Both the position numbers and the translations under genes were made by a program. Source: a virus (taxonomy: Duplodnaviria; Heunggongvirae; Uroviricota; Caudoviricetes). Taken from it: a DNA stretch of 64,000 bases. The notes beneath the pieces were generated by a model. That model was not told the origin of the DNA. It saw nothing but the letters and a program-made list of their open reading frames with translations, and did not search any database. Below, piece by piece: positions 45,157 to 55,365 of this stretch. Each line of letters begins with the position of its first letter. Within the stretch, counting starts at the first letter, position 1. The stretch lies in the IMG/VR virus record IMGVR_UViG_2579778694_000005. One strand, given 5' to 3'.

Positions 45157-46392
45157 TTAACCGAAGATCTTCTGAACCACTTCACGCGCTGCCTGTGCAG
45201 ACGTGGATGGAAGTTTATTGATAAACGACTTTTCGATGCCGGCAGAGAAATCACCGCGCATCATTCCGATTTTTGCGGACAGCAGCAGCTCGCGAGGGCC
45301 GATTGGCTGGCTGATCAGATGCTGTTCATAACCTTCACGGACAAGATTCGCGAATTTCACCATCTTCTCGGCGTATTCGCGGATGACGCCAGCCTCAGCC
45401 AGCATGTTGACTTCAGCCTTAGTGCTCATGTACTTCACGTTCGAAACAATGCCGAAGCGCGAGAAGTTCGCCGCGTTCTGGATGTTCGTTCCTTGATAGA
45501 GACCCGTTTCGTCGCCAGAGCCGTTAGTGTTGCCAGTGCCAATGAAGGCAAAGCGTTTATGCGGAGTGATACGGCGCCAGTCCGGAGTTGCCTCTTTGAT
45601 GATCAGCGGTTCTCCTTCAAGAACTGGCTGGTACACACCCAGAATCTGCGGGAACGCGAAGTCATATTCATCAGCGAGGTACACCCAGCCATTTTTCATC
45701 GCCAGCGCCAGCAAACCAGGCTCGAAGTAGGTGGAGCCATCGCGAGCGAGGATCTGGCCTGTAACGTGTGCTTCTTCCATAGACGCCGTATGCTGGGCGC
45801 GGATCAGTGGTCGATTCAGCAGGGCGCATAGCTGCGTAGGAAGAGAAGATTTACCGGTTCCTGCATGACCCCAGAGATAGCCTGGGATTCCGATTTCCAG
45901 CATCATGAAGATGTCTTTAATCAGGTCGAAGTCGCCATACACATAGTTCTTCTTCGCTTCCGGTACGAACTCCGGATATGGCGTGTTGACGTTGACTGTC
46001 ACCTGTAGTGGTTTTCCGCGTGGCGTTCCCAGCTCTTTGATCGTTACGCCAAGCAGCTCGTGCGCGGCCACCAGTTCGGTCTTGTATTCGACCGTTCCTG
46101 CGTAGCCCGGATGTGCGCTAATGTCCGCCACTTTTCCTTCACCTGAATGCTTTTCGGCACGCTTCTCATTGAGTTTGGCCAGTGCCGTGCGAGAGATCGT
46201 TGGTTCATCCGGAAACGCAGTAGTGTACATTTTCACCACCTCGTCCACGTCCAGACCTTTCGCGGACTCAGGAATGTTCTCGCAGCGGCCCATAGAGATA
46301 TGGGATTTCAGGTAATGAAAGGATTTGCCACACCACTTGCAGACGATGGCTTCTGGCAAATGTTCTTCTTGCTGTAGTGCAGTAGCGGTCAT
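45157..46392 (-). CDS. MoxR/CobS-like AAA+ ATPase
   Basis: Walker A GHAGTGKS and Walker B VYLADEYD. N-terminal Cys/His zinc-finger-like segment. Paired with a vWA protein. Confidence 0.65.
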   Translation of the reverse strand: MTATALQQEEHLPEAIVCKWCGKSFHYLKSHISMGRCENIPESAKGLDVDEVVKMYTTAFPDEPTISRTALAKLNEKRAEKHSGEGKVADISAHPGYAGTVEYKTELVAAHELLGVTIKELGTPRGKPLQVTVNVNTPYPEFVPEAKKNYVYGDFDLIKDIFMMLEIGIPGYLWGHAGTGKSSLPTQLCALLNRPLIRAQHTASMEEAHVTGQILARDGSTYFEPGLLALAMKNGWVYLADEYDFAFPQILGVYQPVLEGEPLIIKEATPDWRRITPHKRFAFIGTGNTNGSGDETGLYQGTNIQNAANFSRFGIVSNVKYMSTKAEVNMLAEAGVIREYAEKMVKFANLVREGYEQHLISQPIGPRELLLSAKIGMMRGDFSAGIEKSFINKLPSTSAQAAREVVQKIFG

Positions 46393-46488
46393 GTGTTTTT
46401 CCTTACTGTTTGTCGTTCGTGGGGTATATCTTATATAAATATATTAGGCTGTATAGTAAGTGATTACTTATTTTTACGGGTAAACCAA

Positions 46489-48924
46489 TTACCCAAGAAT
46501 GATACGAGATAGCTCTGTGACGACTGACGGCCCTAACTCTTCTACGCTGTTTACCAGTGCGTAATTTTTGTAGTAACGCCGTGGTGCGTCGGTCAGAACG
46601 CCGATAGCCATCAAATCGATGTCACTCAACGTCTCAATTTCTTTGGTGACGGTTCGCAAATGCTGATGGAACCCATCGCCTGCAGCACATGGCGCCCCGT
46701 CGCTCATAACCAGCATGATCTTCTTGTCCTCCATTCGCCCTGCAAACAGAGTCGCCAGCTGCGCGACGCTCTCACCATCGACGTTATTGAGCAGGGGGAA
46801 CGTCTCACACACGCAGCCCATGCGGGCGCGGATCTCTGGAGAGTTGGCTTTCTCATTCCAGTTTTTGATAATGGGCAGCATTAGCGCCTCGAAACGAGTA
46901 AACCCGCGCTTCGACATGGTTTCATAATCTGGGCTACCAAACGTGGTAAAGCCGGTGATGATGTTAGGCACATTGATACGATCCAGAGCATCCGCAATGG
47001 TGTAGGCGCTGGCGAGTGCCAGTTGAATCTTCCTGCCGCCCATTGAGCCGGACAAGTCGATCACCTGCTGGACGCACGCGTTCACCGCTCTGTGGTCTTC
47101 TTTCTTGCGGAACACGCGGTCGTCGTTCATTGCCAGACGATACAGGTTCGCGCCATGTATCCGTCCACGTCTCTGGCCTGGGATAAACTGGACTCGATTG
47201 CGGCTGGCGATAGCTCGCTCCAGGTCTTTGGCCAGAGTCGAAGAAACGCCTGCTGACAGATGTTTTTCGATTTTCAGTTCAAAGAGCCTTCTGCCTTCCG
47301 GAACCATGCGGTAGCGATCGACCGGTGAGTGCATTGGGATTGCGCCAAACGTCTTTCTGGTGCGCTTTACATGCTCTTCAGCCTCATCAATCAACCCGAT
47401 AAAGTCGTATGAACGATCGTATGGGCGATACTCAGAAAGTGAGGTGCTCATAAGCTCTTTGCTGATGGTGGCCGACAGTGCGTCTTCGGTCATTTCGCCT
47501 GTTCCGTCTTCCATCTCGTCGAGCGCCTTGAGTGCGTCCTCCAGAGTCATTTCATCCGGAGCAGGAACAAAGCCTGACTCACTGTCTTCAGGCGCTTCCG
47601 CGGCATCCTCATTTTCTTTACCTTCGCCGTCTGTGTGATCGGCGGCGTCATCTTCCTCTTCGCCTTCTCCTTCCGACTCCCCGTGACTGGCATCGGAGTC
47701 TTCGCCGTCATCACCATCACTATCGCCAGCGGCGCCAGAGCCATAACCATCGGAGTCATCGGCGTCTTCGCGAATGCCATCACCAGGCGTTGGAGAGCCA
47801 GTGTCATCACTACCACCTTCGTCATCAGAATCACCTGATTCCATGCCGGCATCATCGGATTCTGGGGTGTCTCCTGATTCTTCTTCGCCTGCTTCTGTAT
47901 ATTTACTTTCTGTATCACTAATTTCTTTATCCTCTGTAGGTAAGTCCTTATCTACTGATTCAGGCAAATCAGAATCCCCAGACTCTTCCTCTTCTGAGGC
48001 ATCATCTTCTTGCTCTTCCTTGTCGTCGTCTTCGCCTTTGGTACGCTTTGGTGCTGATTCACTATGAGTCGGTTCGTCACCGGCTTCTGGGGTTTCCTCT
48101 GACTCGTCCTCACTCTTCGACGGCTTCCTAGCAGACGATTTAAGCTCTGGTAATTTGCCCTCTGGCTTGTCTTTCATATCCTGCATGATTTGGGCGATAG
48201 CAGCTGCGACCTTCACGCAGTCTTCTGTGTTCGACATATTGCGAACGGCCACGTCGATACCATGCTCTTTGAGCAAGGCTACAGGCTTATCGATGAGGTG
48301 CCAGTGTTCTTCCATAAAGTCGATGAAAGGGCTTTGGCCATCCCAGGCGCGAACGACCGGGCAAAGGAAGAATTTCAGGAACAATTCACGCTGGTCGCCG
48401 TGGCAGATTGAAACCGCCTCTGACACTTTGCCCTTGAAGTATTTGTCGATCACCAGGTTCTGTGTGGCCAGCAAATTGCGACGAGTTCCGTTGAATACCT
48501 GTCCCATTCTGCGTTCAATAAAAACGTCTTCCAGCGCGTTCCAAAGCCCGGTAGACGGAGCCTTTCCTCTCTCGCGCATCTTCATTGCGACTTTCGGATC
48601 AGTAAAGAGGATATGGGCTACCTCATGGTCGAGAAAACCACGTACTGCGTTCATGAGGGTTGGTGACGCGTCGTCCGGTATAGATGGGATGTTTACCAGC
48701 ACTGGTTCGCCGCGCCGGTTGTAGCGGACATATGCTTCATTGCCTCGCTCTGCAACAGGTATCTGTTTGCCTGATAGCATCGCTACAACTCGTTTTACGC
48801 AGTCGCGAAAGTCCTGTACCTCTTTCAGCACAGATCTGGTCATGGCTTTGGACATGAGAATTTCCTTGTTATTAAAACAATTTGTTTTCTGATGTGCGTA
48901 ATTTATCACTGTACGAACAGGCAA
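46489..48924 (-). CDS. vWA-domain protein (CobT-like) with long acidic low-complexity region
   Basis: C-terminal vWA MIDAS motif DLSGSMGG. ~200-aa D/E/S-rich stretch (coordinates 47550-48100). N-terminal region shows no recognised motif. Confidence 0.6.
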   Translation of the reverse strand: MPVRTVINYAHQKTNCFNNKEILMSKAMTRSVLKEVQDFRDCVKRVVAMLSGKQIPVAERGNEAYVRYNRRGEPVLVNIPSIPDDASPTLMNAVRGFLDHEVAHILFTDPKVAMKMRERGKAPSTGLWNALEDVFIERRMGQVFNGTRRNLLATQNLVIDKYFKGKVSEAVSICHGDQRELFLKFFLCPVVRAWDGQSPFIDFMEEHWHLIDKPVALLKEHGIDVAVRNMSNTEDCVKVAAAIAQIMQDMKDKPEGKLPELKSSARKPSKSEDESEETPEAGDEPTHSESAPKRTKGEDDDKEEQEDDASEEEESGDSDLPESVDKDLPTEDKEISDTESKYTEAGEEESGDTPESDDAGMESGDSDDEGGSDDTGSPTPGDGIREDADDSDGYGSGAAGDSDGDDGEDSDASHGESEGEGEEEDDAADHTDGEGKENEDAAEAPEDSESGFVPAPDEMTLEDALKALDEMEDGTGEMTEDALSATISKELMSTSLSEYRPYDRSYDFIGLIDEAEEHVKRTRKTFGAIPMHSPVDRYRMVPEGRRLFELKIEKHLSAGVSSTLAKDLERAIASRNRVQFIPGQRRGRIHGANLYRLAMNDDRVFRKKEDHRAVNACVQQVIDLSGSMGGRKIQLALASAYTIADALDRINVPNIITGFTTFGSPDYETMSKRGFTRFEALMLPIIKNWNEKANSPEIRARMGCVCETFPLLNNVDGESVAQLATLFAGRMEDKKIMLVMSDGAPCAAGDGFHQHLRTVTKEIETLSDIDLMAIGVLTDAPRRYYKNYALVNSVEELGPSVVTELSRIILG
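48874..48909 (-). promoter_or_regulatory. motif-A element upstream of the AAA+/vWA/polymerase operon
   Basis: AAAACAATTTGTTTTCTGATGTGCGTAATTTATCAC. Confidence 0.4.
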
Positions 48925-48964
48925 CTAAGCTGTTCGTACAGGCATCTATAGGCAGGAATGTGTT

Positions 48965-49177
48965 TTAAATGGTTCTCACGGCAAGGGAGCCGCAACCAGT
49001 ATTGATGAGAGTGAAATGTTTATTTTTTAGCTCAAAAGTGAAAACCGTCGTATCAACCATCTCCACGGGAAGCTCTTCAGATTCTAGTTCTGTCAGGATC
49101 GTCGCGACGCCATCTAGTCCAATCGCATATGCGTGTCCAACCTCAAGGGCGGTCAATTTAGAAGTTATATTTTTCAT
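48965..49177 (-). CDS. hypothetical protein (70 aa)
   Basis: ORF with upstream AT-rich promoter-like region. Confidence 0.35.
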   Translation of the reverse strand: MKNITSKLTALEVGHAYAIGLDGVATILTELESEELPVEMVDTTVFTFELKNKHFTLINTGCGSLAVRTI

Positions 49178-49440
49178 TTCATATCATCCAACTGAACACA
49201 TTTGAAAGTTCGGCAATACTACTACCTATTGTATCAATATGGAATGCACCTATATCAGATACGTCTTACTTTTTTCTGTAAGCGAATAGTGACAAATTGC
49301 CTAAAAACCATAGTATAATGGCGGTATGCCGGGGTTTTGTGCCTATCGAAATTAAATAGATAAGTCTTTACAACCCTGGCCTTTGCTGTAATATCAGTAA
49401 GCACTTACCAGAGATAAACAAAACACGCAAGGTTCACTAC

Positions 49441-49827
49441 ATGGCTACCAACGAAACAGAGATCAAACAAGGTCGCTACGCAGCTTACATTGACTCGTTA
49501 ATCACAATCTCGCCTAAAAGTCAGGCTACCATTGCCAAAGAGGTTGGGTACAAGAACGCCAACAACCTCTCTCTCATCAAAAGCGGCAAAATCCCACTTC
49601 CAGTCGATAAGGTTCGAGCTTTAGCCGAAGCACTGGAGGCAGATCCGGTTCGACTGATGCTGATGGTTCTGGAAGAACGTCATCCTGAGCTGCTTGAGTT
49701 TTTTCGCGAAGAGGGCACTGCACCTCTCTCCGCTGATGAAAAACTCGTTCTAGAAGCGTTCCGTAACCGTTTTGACGGTCAACAGGGTGCGTCAGAAAAG
49801 GTGGTAGAGGCCATCAAGTCACTGTGA
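49441..49827 (+). CDS. HTH DNA-binding protein (XRE-like; regulator or excisionase-like partner of recombinase)
   Basis: HTH QATIAKEVGYKNANNLSLIKSGK. Promoter GTGACA-N19-TATAAT (TATAAT at 49314-49319) upstream. Converges on the recombinase gene. Confidence 0.55.
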   Translation: MATNETEIKQGRYAAYIDSLITISPKSQATIAKEVGYKNANNLSLIKSGKIPLPVDKVRALAEALEADPVRLMLMVLEERHPELLEFFREEGTAPLSADEKLVLEAFRNRFDGQQGASEKVVEAIKSL

Positions 49828-51000
49828 GAAATTTACACGAATAAGCTCCGTGGCTAGACGATCTCCCTTGAATTTGTGGTCTATCTCGTCTAAGTCTGTT
49901 TGATTAACGATAGATGCGATGTACGTTGAGAAGTTATTCAAGGCGTCTCGCATCTCATCCATATAATCGTGGCGATCATAGACGCGATCTATCCCTTCAA
50001 GACTGTGGTTCATAATCTTACGGGCCACCTCCTGATTAATCCCCAGAGCAGGGAAATAACTACGCGCTGTACGTCTCAGATCGCGTGGGGTGAATGACTC
50101 AACCTCCATCAACTCAGGTCGTTCCAGTATCCTTCTCAGTGCCTGGGCAATTGCCACCTTAGACATTGGCGTATCTACGCCCTTCTTCTTATTCGAAGGA
50201 ACGAGCCACTGGCTGTCTTTCCCGTACTCGAACAACTCTTCCACGCATTGACGCATCAATGGGCTTAACGGCAGCGCGTGCTGTCTGGCCGATTTGTTTC
50301 GCGTACCTTGATTCCATACATCACGTTGAAGGTTGAACTCATCCTTTCTGGCCCGGAGCACTTCATCGGGTCGTCTGGCAGCGACAAGACAGAGCCTGGC
50401 CGCCCACTTTGTGCCTTCGCACACATTGAAGTAATCCCAGACGTTCCAGAATACCCAGACCTCGGCGTCCGTCAGCTTACGTTCGCGCGGCACTGGCTTT
50501 GCGCCACCGGCAACTCTATTGAGCGATATATCATTCAACGGTGATGTATCAATCAGCCCCTGAAAGGCGCACCAGCTCAGGAACTGTTTCATCAGGGAGA
50601 ACACGCGTCTGCCCTGGACGATCTTGCCTTCCAGTATCAGTGGGTTCACCAGCTGGTTGACCAAGACCCTACTTATATCACTTACCTTTACATCAGAGAT
50701 ATGCGGCATTACATGTATCAAAACACAATGAACGGCTATTTCAGGTCGACGCCTCGTTATCAGTAAAGATAAGCGAGTGAATAACATGAAGGCGGAAGAA
50801 AACGACATGTCTCCGTCGAATTTGGCGGTCGACACTGCCGACAAACCGGAAGCGCGTTCGAGGTACTCGATGGCTTCCCGAGAGGTGTTTTCTGCTGCGC
50901 GTGCTTTATCAAAGGTGTTTTTCATCGTCCACTCACTGAGTGAAGCCCTTTTTACTGTATACATAAACAGTATATTAGGCATAAGTTTTTGTATGATCAA
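49819..51000 (-). CDS. tyrosine site-specific recombinase (integrase/resolvase)
   Basis: C-terminal catalytic motifs RDLRRTARS, KIMNHSLEG, RVYDRHDY with the catalytic Tyr. Confidence 0.75.
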   Translation of the reverse strand: MIIQKLMPNILFMYTVKRASLSEWTMKNTFDKARAAENTSREAIEYLERASGLSAVSTAKFDGDMSFSSAFMLFTRLSLLITRRRPEIAVHCVLIHVMPHISDVKVSDISRVLVNQLVNPLILEGKIVQGRRVFSLMKQFLSWCAFQGLIDTSPLNDISLNRVAGGAKPVPRERKLTDAEVWVFWNVWDYFNVCEGTKWAARLCLVAARRPDEVLRARKDEFNLQRDVWNQGTRNKSARQHALPLSPLMRQCVEELFEYGKDSQWLVPSNKKKGVDTPMSKVAIAQALRRILERPELMEVESFTPRDLRRTARSYFPALGINQEVARKIMNHSLEGIDRVYDRHDYMDEMRDALNNFSTYIASIVNQTDLDEIDHKFKGDRLATELIRVNFSQ

Positions 51001-51098
51001 CCATAAAATAGCCTGTTTTGTACAATGATTCCATACTTAATAGGTATGGAATCATTGAGAGTCGATTTTTTTAAATCTGAGAAACAAGCAAGATGATT

Positions 51099-51515
51099 TT
51101 AGCGGTTGTGAAAATCTTCAGCACAGGCTGAAAAGTGGGAGATTAACTGTGTGTTGGCGGCGCTCATGAGATCGTGTGCTGGGGTAACAAGTGCAAGAAT
51201 GGAGTATCTGTCCGGATTCCACAAATGCTGTGCATAAACTAAATAAGTATTACTCTTCTTCTGCCGATCTGGAGTGCGAGGTGGCCAGGGTTGTTCGTCG
51301 GGTAGCTTGATGTGGATGCGAGCGAGTTGAGCGTCTACGGCATAAGGTGGAAAAGTGAAGACGGCGTCATTGCCGAAGATATCCGTTGTGGCGTTGTGCT
51401 CCTTGCAGTAAATAAATTCGTCTATGAGCTGCTGTTCCAATCCAGGGAACTTATTGAAAGTGGGGTCTAAAAATTCGGCGCGTGTATCGGGGTTGATCTC
51501 GACAATCAGAGCCAT
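51099..51515 (-). CDS. hypothetical protein (138 aa)
   Basis: 10-bp overlap with the upstream gene. Confidence 0.45.
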   Translation of the reverse strand: MALIVEINPDTRAEFLDPTFNKFPGLEQQLIDEFIYCKEHNATTDIFGNDAVFTFPPYAVDAQLARIHIKLPDEQPWPPRTPDRQKKSNTYLVYAQHLWNPDRYSILALVTPAHDLMSAANTQLISHFSACAEDFHNR

Positions 51516-52030
51516 TTGGTCGAAGCCTCTGTGCCACTGGCTGCCAGAACAGCAAGAGCCGCATGGCTAATTTCTGATTCGCGAAGAGGGCTAACTGTCA
51601 GGATCTGATTAACCAGATTATCGAGATTTTTGGCCCCGTGACGCATCTCAGCGACAGCCCTGCATAGCTTGTATTCAGTGGAGTTTTTGTCGTAAGACCG
51701 GATGATCGACATCTCTGGTAATGCCTGGAATAAGAACTCGGCAATTGCCAGGGAGCCAATTACATCAGCACGCAAGCCTTCTGCGGCAAACTTTGCCTGC
51801 TCAAAATCATGTTCTGCTAGCGCATCCAGTCTGGCGTAAATTTCACGGCCATCAGCGGTGACTTCCTGGATTTTACCCACACTTTCGCGCAGTTCTGCGA
51901 GGGATGGTGCGCTCGCCCCTGAAGTAATAGCGCTGCGTTCATGGGTGTGGTCTTTGGCATAAGATCCGTGTGACAGGCTGCTTAGTGCCAGTGCCACAAC
52001 CATTGCGATTTTGGTGATTGAGTCTTTCAT
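51506..52030 (-). CDS. secreted hypothetical protein
   Basis: Signal peptide MKDSITKIAMVVALALSSLSHGSYA. Confidence 0.5.
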   Translation of the reverse strand: MKDSITKIAMVVALALSSLSHGSYAKDHTHERSAITSGASAPSLAELRESVGKIQEVTADGREIYARLDALAEHDFEQAKFAAEGLRADVIGSLAIAEFLFQALPEMSIIRSYDKNSTEYKLCRAVAEMRHGAKNLDNLVNQILTVSPLRESEISHAALAVLAASGTEASTKWL

Positions 52031-52126
52031 GATTTATCTGCCTGCTTTTTGCTGGCTCGTAACTAAGTGTACGCGTTCCCTGAAACTGCGACAAACAGAA
52101 ACGGCCCCAAAAGGAGCCGTATTGTA

Positions 52127-52375
52127 TTACAGGGTGCTCGCAAAAGCAGCAAATTCCGTATAACCCCCGATAGGTTCGCCATTTACGAACACCTGCGGTA
52201 TGGTTTCCACCGGCTTGCCAACCAGGTCGCTCAACTTCTCTTTGTCGATCCCGGCAGACACAATATCGATGTATTCATAATCGCCAAAGCCGTGGCCGTG
52301 GAGCTGCTTCGCCAGCTCGACCGCACGTTTGCAGTATGAGCAATTATCCCGTCCGTAGATAACGACCTTCATCAC
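52127..52375 (-). CDS. glutaredoxin/NrdH-like redoxin
   Basis: CxxC active site (RDNCSYCKRA), ~80 aa thioredoxin fold length. Confidence 0.7.
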   Translation of the reverse strand: MMKVVIYGRDNCSYCKRAVELAKQLHGHGFGDYEYIDIVSAGIDKEKLSDLVGKPVETIPQVFVNGEPIGGYTEFAAFASTL

Positions 52376-52737
52376 TTCACCTCGTGCAGCTGCTGCTTGA
52401 GAAGATAGCCTTCCAGGGGCCAGATTTTGGCAATCGCGTTCTGGCGTGCAATTTTACGTCCGATCTCCGGATCAAAGTTCTCCGGGCTGGCGCACGCAGA
52501 CTCGCCGGTTACGGTGTAGCCGTTCTCCAGCACAAGAACGCAGAAGGTCAGCAGTTCGAGTGATTGCGGGGCCGGTTCAGGCTCTTCCTGCTTCAGCCAC
52601 AACGGTGAGCTGCGATATCCGTCCGCGCCGGTAAAGTAAAACTCGCCTGAGATAACAGCTTCAATGCGTTCCGGGGTAACACGCGCGGCCGTTTTGCCTT
52701 TGGCCACAATCTCGTTTTCGATATCCATATCGGTCAT
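52372..52737 (-). CDS. hypothetical protein (121 aa)
   Basis: Overlapping start/stop with the glutaredoxin gene. Confidence 0.45.
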   Translation of the reverse strand: MTDMDIENEIVAKGKTAARVTPERIEAVISGEFYFTGADGYRSSPLWLKQEEPEPAPQSLELLTFCVLVLENGYTVTGESACASPENFDPEIGRKIARQNAIAKIWPLEGYLLKQQLHEVK

Positions 52738-52752
52738 TTTGGTTTCCTTACG

Positions 52753-52950
52753 TTAAAAACGAGCGATCCGAGCACGAAGAATCAGGTCATACGCCTTCAT
52801 CGTGTCCAGCTGCTTAATGAGGATGATGCGGTCGACATACAGCAGGCGAGCAAACTCGTCGCCGGCAATGTACGCCTCCAGTTCTTTGATGCGGCCACAC
52901 AGTTCTTCGTGTTCATCCATGACACGTTTCTGGTGTGGCAGGTACTCTTT
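52753..52950 (-). CDS. hypothetical small protein (likely start MTKEYL)
   Basis: The ORF-track version overlaps the PhoH 3' end. An internal start with RBS is more plausible. Confidence 0.35.
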   Translation of the reverse strand, partial: KEYLPHQKRVMDEHEELCGRIKELEAYIAGDEFARLLYVDRIILIKQLDTMKAYDLILRARIARF

Positions 52951-52966
52951 GGTCATTGGCTTTCCC

Positions 52967-53800
52967 TTACTGATAGGCTTCCAGTGCGACTTTGCATAGC
53001 TCAGAACGCACGCAGTCTTCGGTCGCAAACTCAATAAGGCCAACATGGGAGGAAGGTTTAAAACGCTCCAGTGCATCTTCCAGACCAGACTTAACATTGC
53101 CTGGCAGGTCGCATTGCGTCACATCTCCGTTCACAATGACGGTTACGTTCTCGCCCATACGGGTCAGAAACATTTTCATTTGTGACGCTGTAACGTTTTG
53201 CGCCTCATCGAGAATGACTACAGCATTCTCGAACGTGCGCCCACGCATGTAAGCGAAGGGGGCAATCTCTACTTTGGCCACCTCTGGCTTTAAGCAATAT
53301 TCAAGGAACGAGCCACCCAAACGCTTCTGTAGCACGTCATAGACGGGCCGGAAGAACGGAGCGAACTTCTCGCTCATGTCGCCCGGAAGGAAGCCCAGAT
53401 CTTCTTCTGCTTGCAATACCGGACGCGTCACGATGATCTTCCCGACTTCCTTATCCAGCAGACGCTGCGCTGCGACGGCAGCAGCCAGGTAGGTCTTGCC
53501 GCAACCGGCTTCACCAGTGGCGAACGTCAGAGGTTTGGTATCGAGAGAGATAAGATAGTGGGCCTGGGCCTCGTTACGCGCTTCGATGGGAGAGTTGTCG
53601 CGTTTAGGTTTTGGTGGCAGAGCAGGGGCGGCGGCCAGCTCGTCAAAGATGATTGTGTCAATTTCGTAGCCGTGGATGCGTGGTTTTGACTTCAGAGCCT
53701 GACGAGCTGCGCGACGCGCCTGTTTACGTTTGTTTCCCATATTGAGTCCTTTCAAGTGAGTAACTGAAAGAACTATACCGACAAATAATAGGTAAGTCAT
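52967..53800 (-). CDS. PhoH-like ATPase
   Basis: Walker A GEAGCGKTYLA, Walker B VILDEAQN, PhoH-family length. Confidence 0.75.
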   Translation of the reverse strand: MTYLLFVGIVLSVTHLKGLNMGNKRKQARRAARQALKSKPRIHGYEIDTIIFDELAAAPALPPKPKRDNSPIEARNEAQAHYLISLDTKPLTFATGEAGCGKTYLAAAVAAQRLLDKEVGKIIVTRPVLQAEEDLGFLPGDMSEKFAPFFRPVYDVLQKRLGGSFLEYCLKPEVAKVEIAPFAYMRGRTFENAVVILDEAQNVTASQMKMFLTRMGENVTVIVNGDVTQCDLPGNVKSGLEDALERFKPSSHVGLIEFATEDCVRSELCKVALEAYQ

Positions 53801-53853
53801 TACCTATTTTGCGTGTGTTATCCCTCTACCATGTAGAGGGGTATCTTCATGAC

Positions 53854-54645
53854 TCACGGCAGTTTTGCTCTAATTTCGAGTAATTTTTGTGCCGCGACAC
53901 TGATGTCATACGCCAGATCTTGGGTTTCGTTAATTATATCGTAATGGCGTTCAACCTCATCAGGGCGGAACTGTCTGATTTTGGGTATGTCTATATAGTC
54001 ATAATACCCGCCATACCCTCCAGCGCAATGCTGTCTGAACAGCGCCCGAAAGTTGTTAACTTTGCCGATCAACGCTATACGAAGTCCTTCTAAAACAACA
54101 TCATTGAAGCTGTAAAAGGGATTGTTTGCAATATCATCAAAAGCGTAGAGAGGGTCGGTAATGTTGGTACTTACTTTTACTCGGAACTGCTCGTTCTTCA
54201 GTATTTGGAGGTAGTTGTAATTAAAAATATCAGTAATAGAATTTAGAACACCGATGTCTCTTTCTGAGTAATTGTTTTGGCTCACCTGGTGCGTCATCTG
54301 GAGCAGTAGAGCTTGCTGAGTTTCGGCCTGCTGTTTCCAAAGTTTCAATTGTGGAGTGGAATAGACAACGTAGTCAGAGTCGATGAGTGCGGCATGTGAA
54401 CGACACATCCATATACCGTTATCAATCGAGCTTCTCTGTTCTTGGGTCAAACTAGAGTCATATCTCGGGCCGCCTTTTGCAGCTGCCGTAATATGGGCCG
54501 CAATCCCATTATTAATCCTGCCGTTTGGATTGCTGCTATCCGGGCCAACTGTTACCTGGTTGCAGCCAAGAAAAGAGCATTTCCAGCCTACGCGTTCGGC
54601 CAGTGTTCGCTTCACCGATTGGGGAAAATCATCTCTGTTACTCAC
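53854..54645 (-). CDS. HNH-like endonuclease domain protein
   Basis: Cys pairs (CSFLGC ... CRSH) and conserved His/Asn (AAHITAA...NGIWMCRSHAALID). Confidence 0.45.
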   Translation of the reverse strand: MSNRDDFPQSVKRTLAERVGWKCSFLGCNQVTVGPDSSNPNGRINNGIAAHITAAAKGGPRYDSSLTQEQRSSIDNGIWMCRSHAALIDSDYVVYSTPQLKLWKQQAETQQALLLQMTHQVSQNNYSERDIGVLNSITDIFNYNYLQILKNEQFRVKVSTNITDPLYAFDDIANNPFYSFNDVVLEGLRIALIGKVNNFRALFRQHCAGGYGGYYDYIDIPKIRQFRPDEVERHYDIINETQDLAYDISVAAQKLLEIRAKLP

Positions 54646-54685
54646 GTTTAACCTCGCTGTGTTTAAAAAATCATATGGTTGTTTG

Positions 54686-55267
54686 TTAGTGGCGTTTGTC
54701 TTCTTCCAGACGCGCCGTTTTTAAGTGTTTGTCGGTAAAGGTAAGTAACGTTACGCCCTCATCTTTATTCATGAAACCGGCACCGTTTATCATCATGATC
54801 AGGCGCTCTTTGCCGCGGAATACCTCATAATACTTTCCCGCTGCACATGACATTGTCTTGGCGCATTCCAGTCCATTCAAGGCTGTCTCATCAAATACCT
54901 GGTCTTTAGTGGCAACCGGCTTACCGTATTCTTTAGTAAGCATTTCGTCGAGCTGCATGAAGGTATATTTGCCGACGTTAGTAGTCATGCTCGACTCAAC
55001 TTTGCCGTCAATTAATCCACCAGTGGTATGCGGTTCCTTGCCTTCAGCCGCGGTTTTATCGAACAGAGCGAAGGCTTCGATGTTTGGGGTTCGTTTTTCA
55101 AAGTGGGTTTTGTACTGGCTCTCAAGAGCGTTTTTGTCTTGGCCTATCAGCGTGATTTTATCTACTTCAGACTCGTTACATCCCGTCAGAGCGAGCGCGA
55201 TCACCAGAGATGCGAGAATATTGAGGTTGCGCTTTTTCATTGGCTTATCTCCATGTTTTGCTGCCAC
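54686..55267 (-). CDS. lipoprotein
   Basis: Signal + lipobox ALALTGC. Confidence 0.55.
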   Translation of the reverse strand: MAAKHGDKPMKKRNLNILASLVIALALTGCNESEVDKITLIGQDKNALESQYKTHFEKRTPNIEAFALFDKTAAEGKEPHTTGGLIDGKVESSMTTNVGKYTFMQLDEMLTKEYGKPVATKDQVFDETALNGLECAKTMSCAAGKYYEVFRGKERLIMMINGAGFMNKDEGVTLLTFTDKHLKTARLEEDKRH

Positions 55268-55365
55268 ATCCTATCACCCACATGCAGGCAGTCTAATGCT
55301 GCCGTTGCTAAATGAAGGCCCAAAGGTGGTAAAACCATACGTGGAAATATTCTGGAGTCAACCCA

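Noticed and set aside
47360-48067. Multiple overlapping ORFs on both strands (47360-47638, 47532-47921, 47547-47918, 47635-47838, 47774-48067)
   Set aside because: Artefacts of the GA/GAT-repetitive acidic low-complexity segment of the vWA-protein gene, which keeps several frames open.
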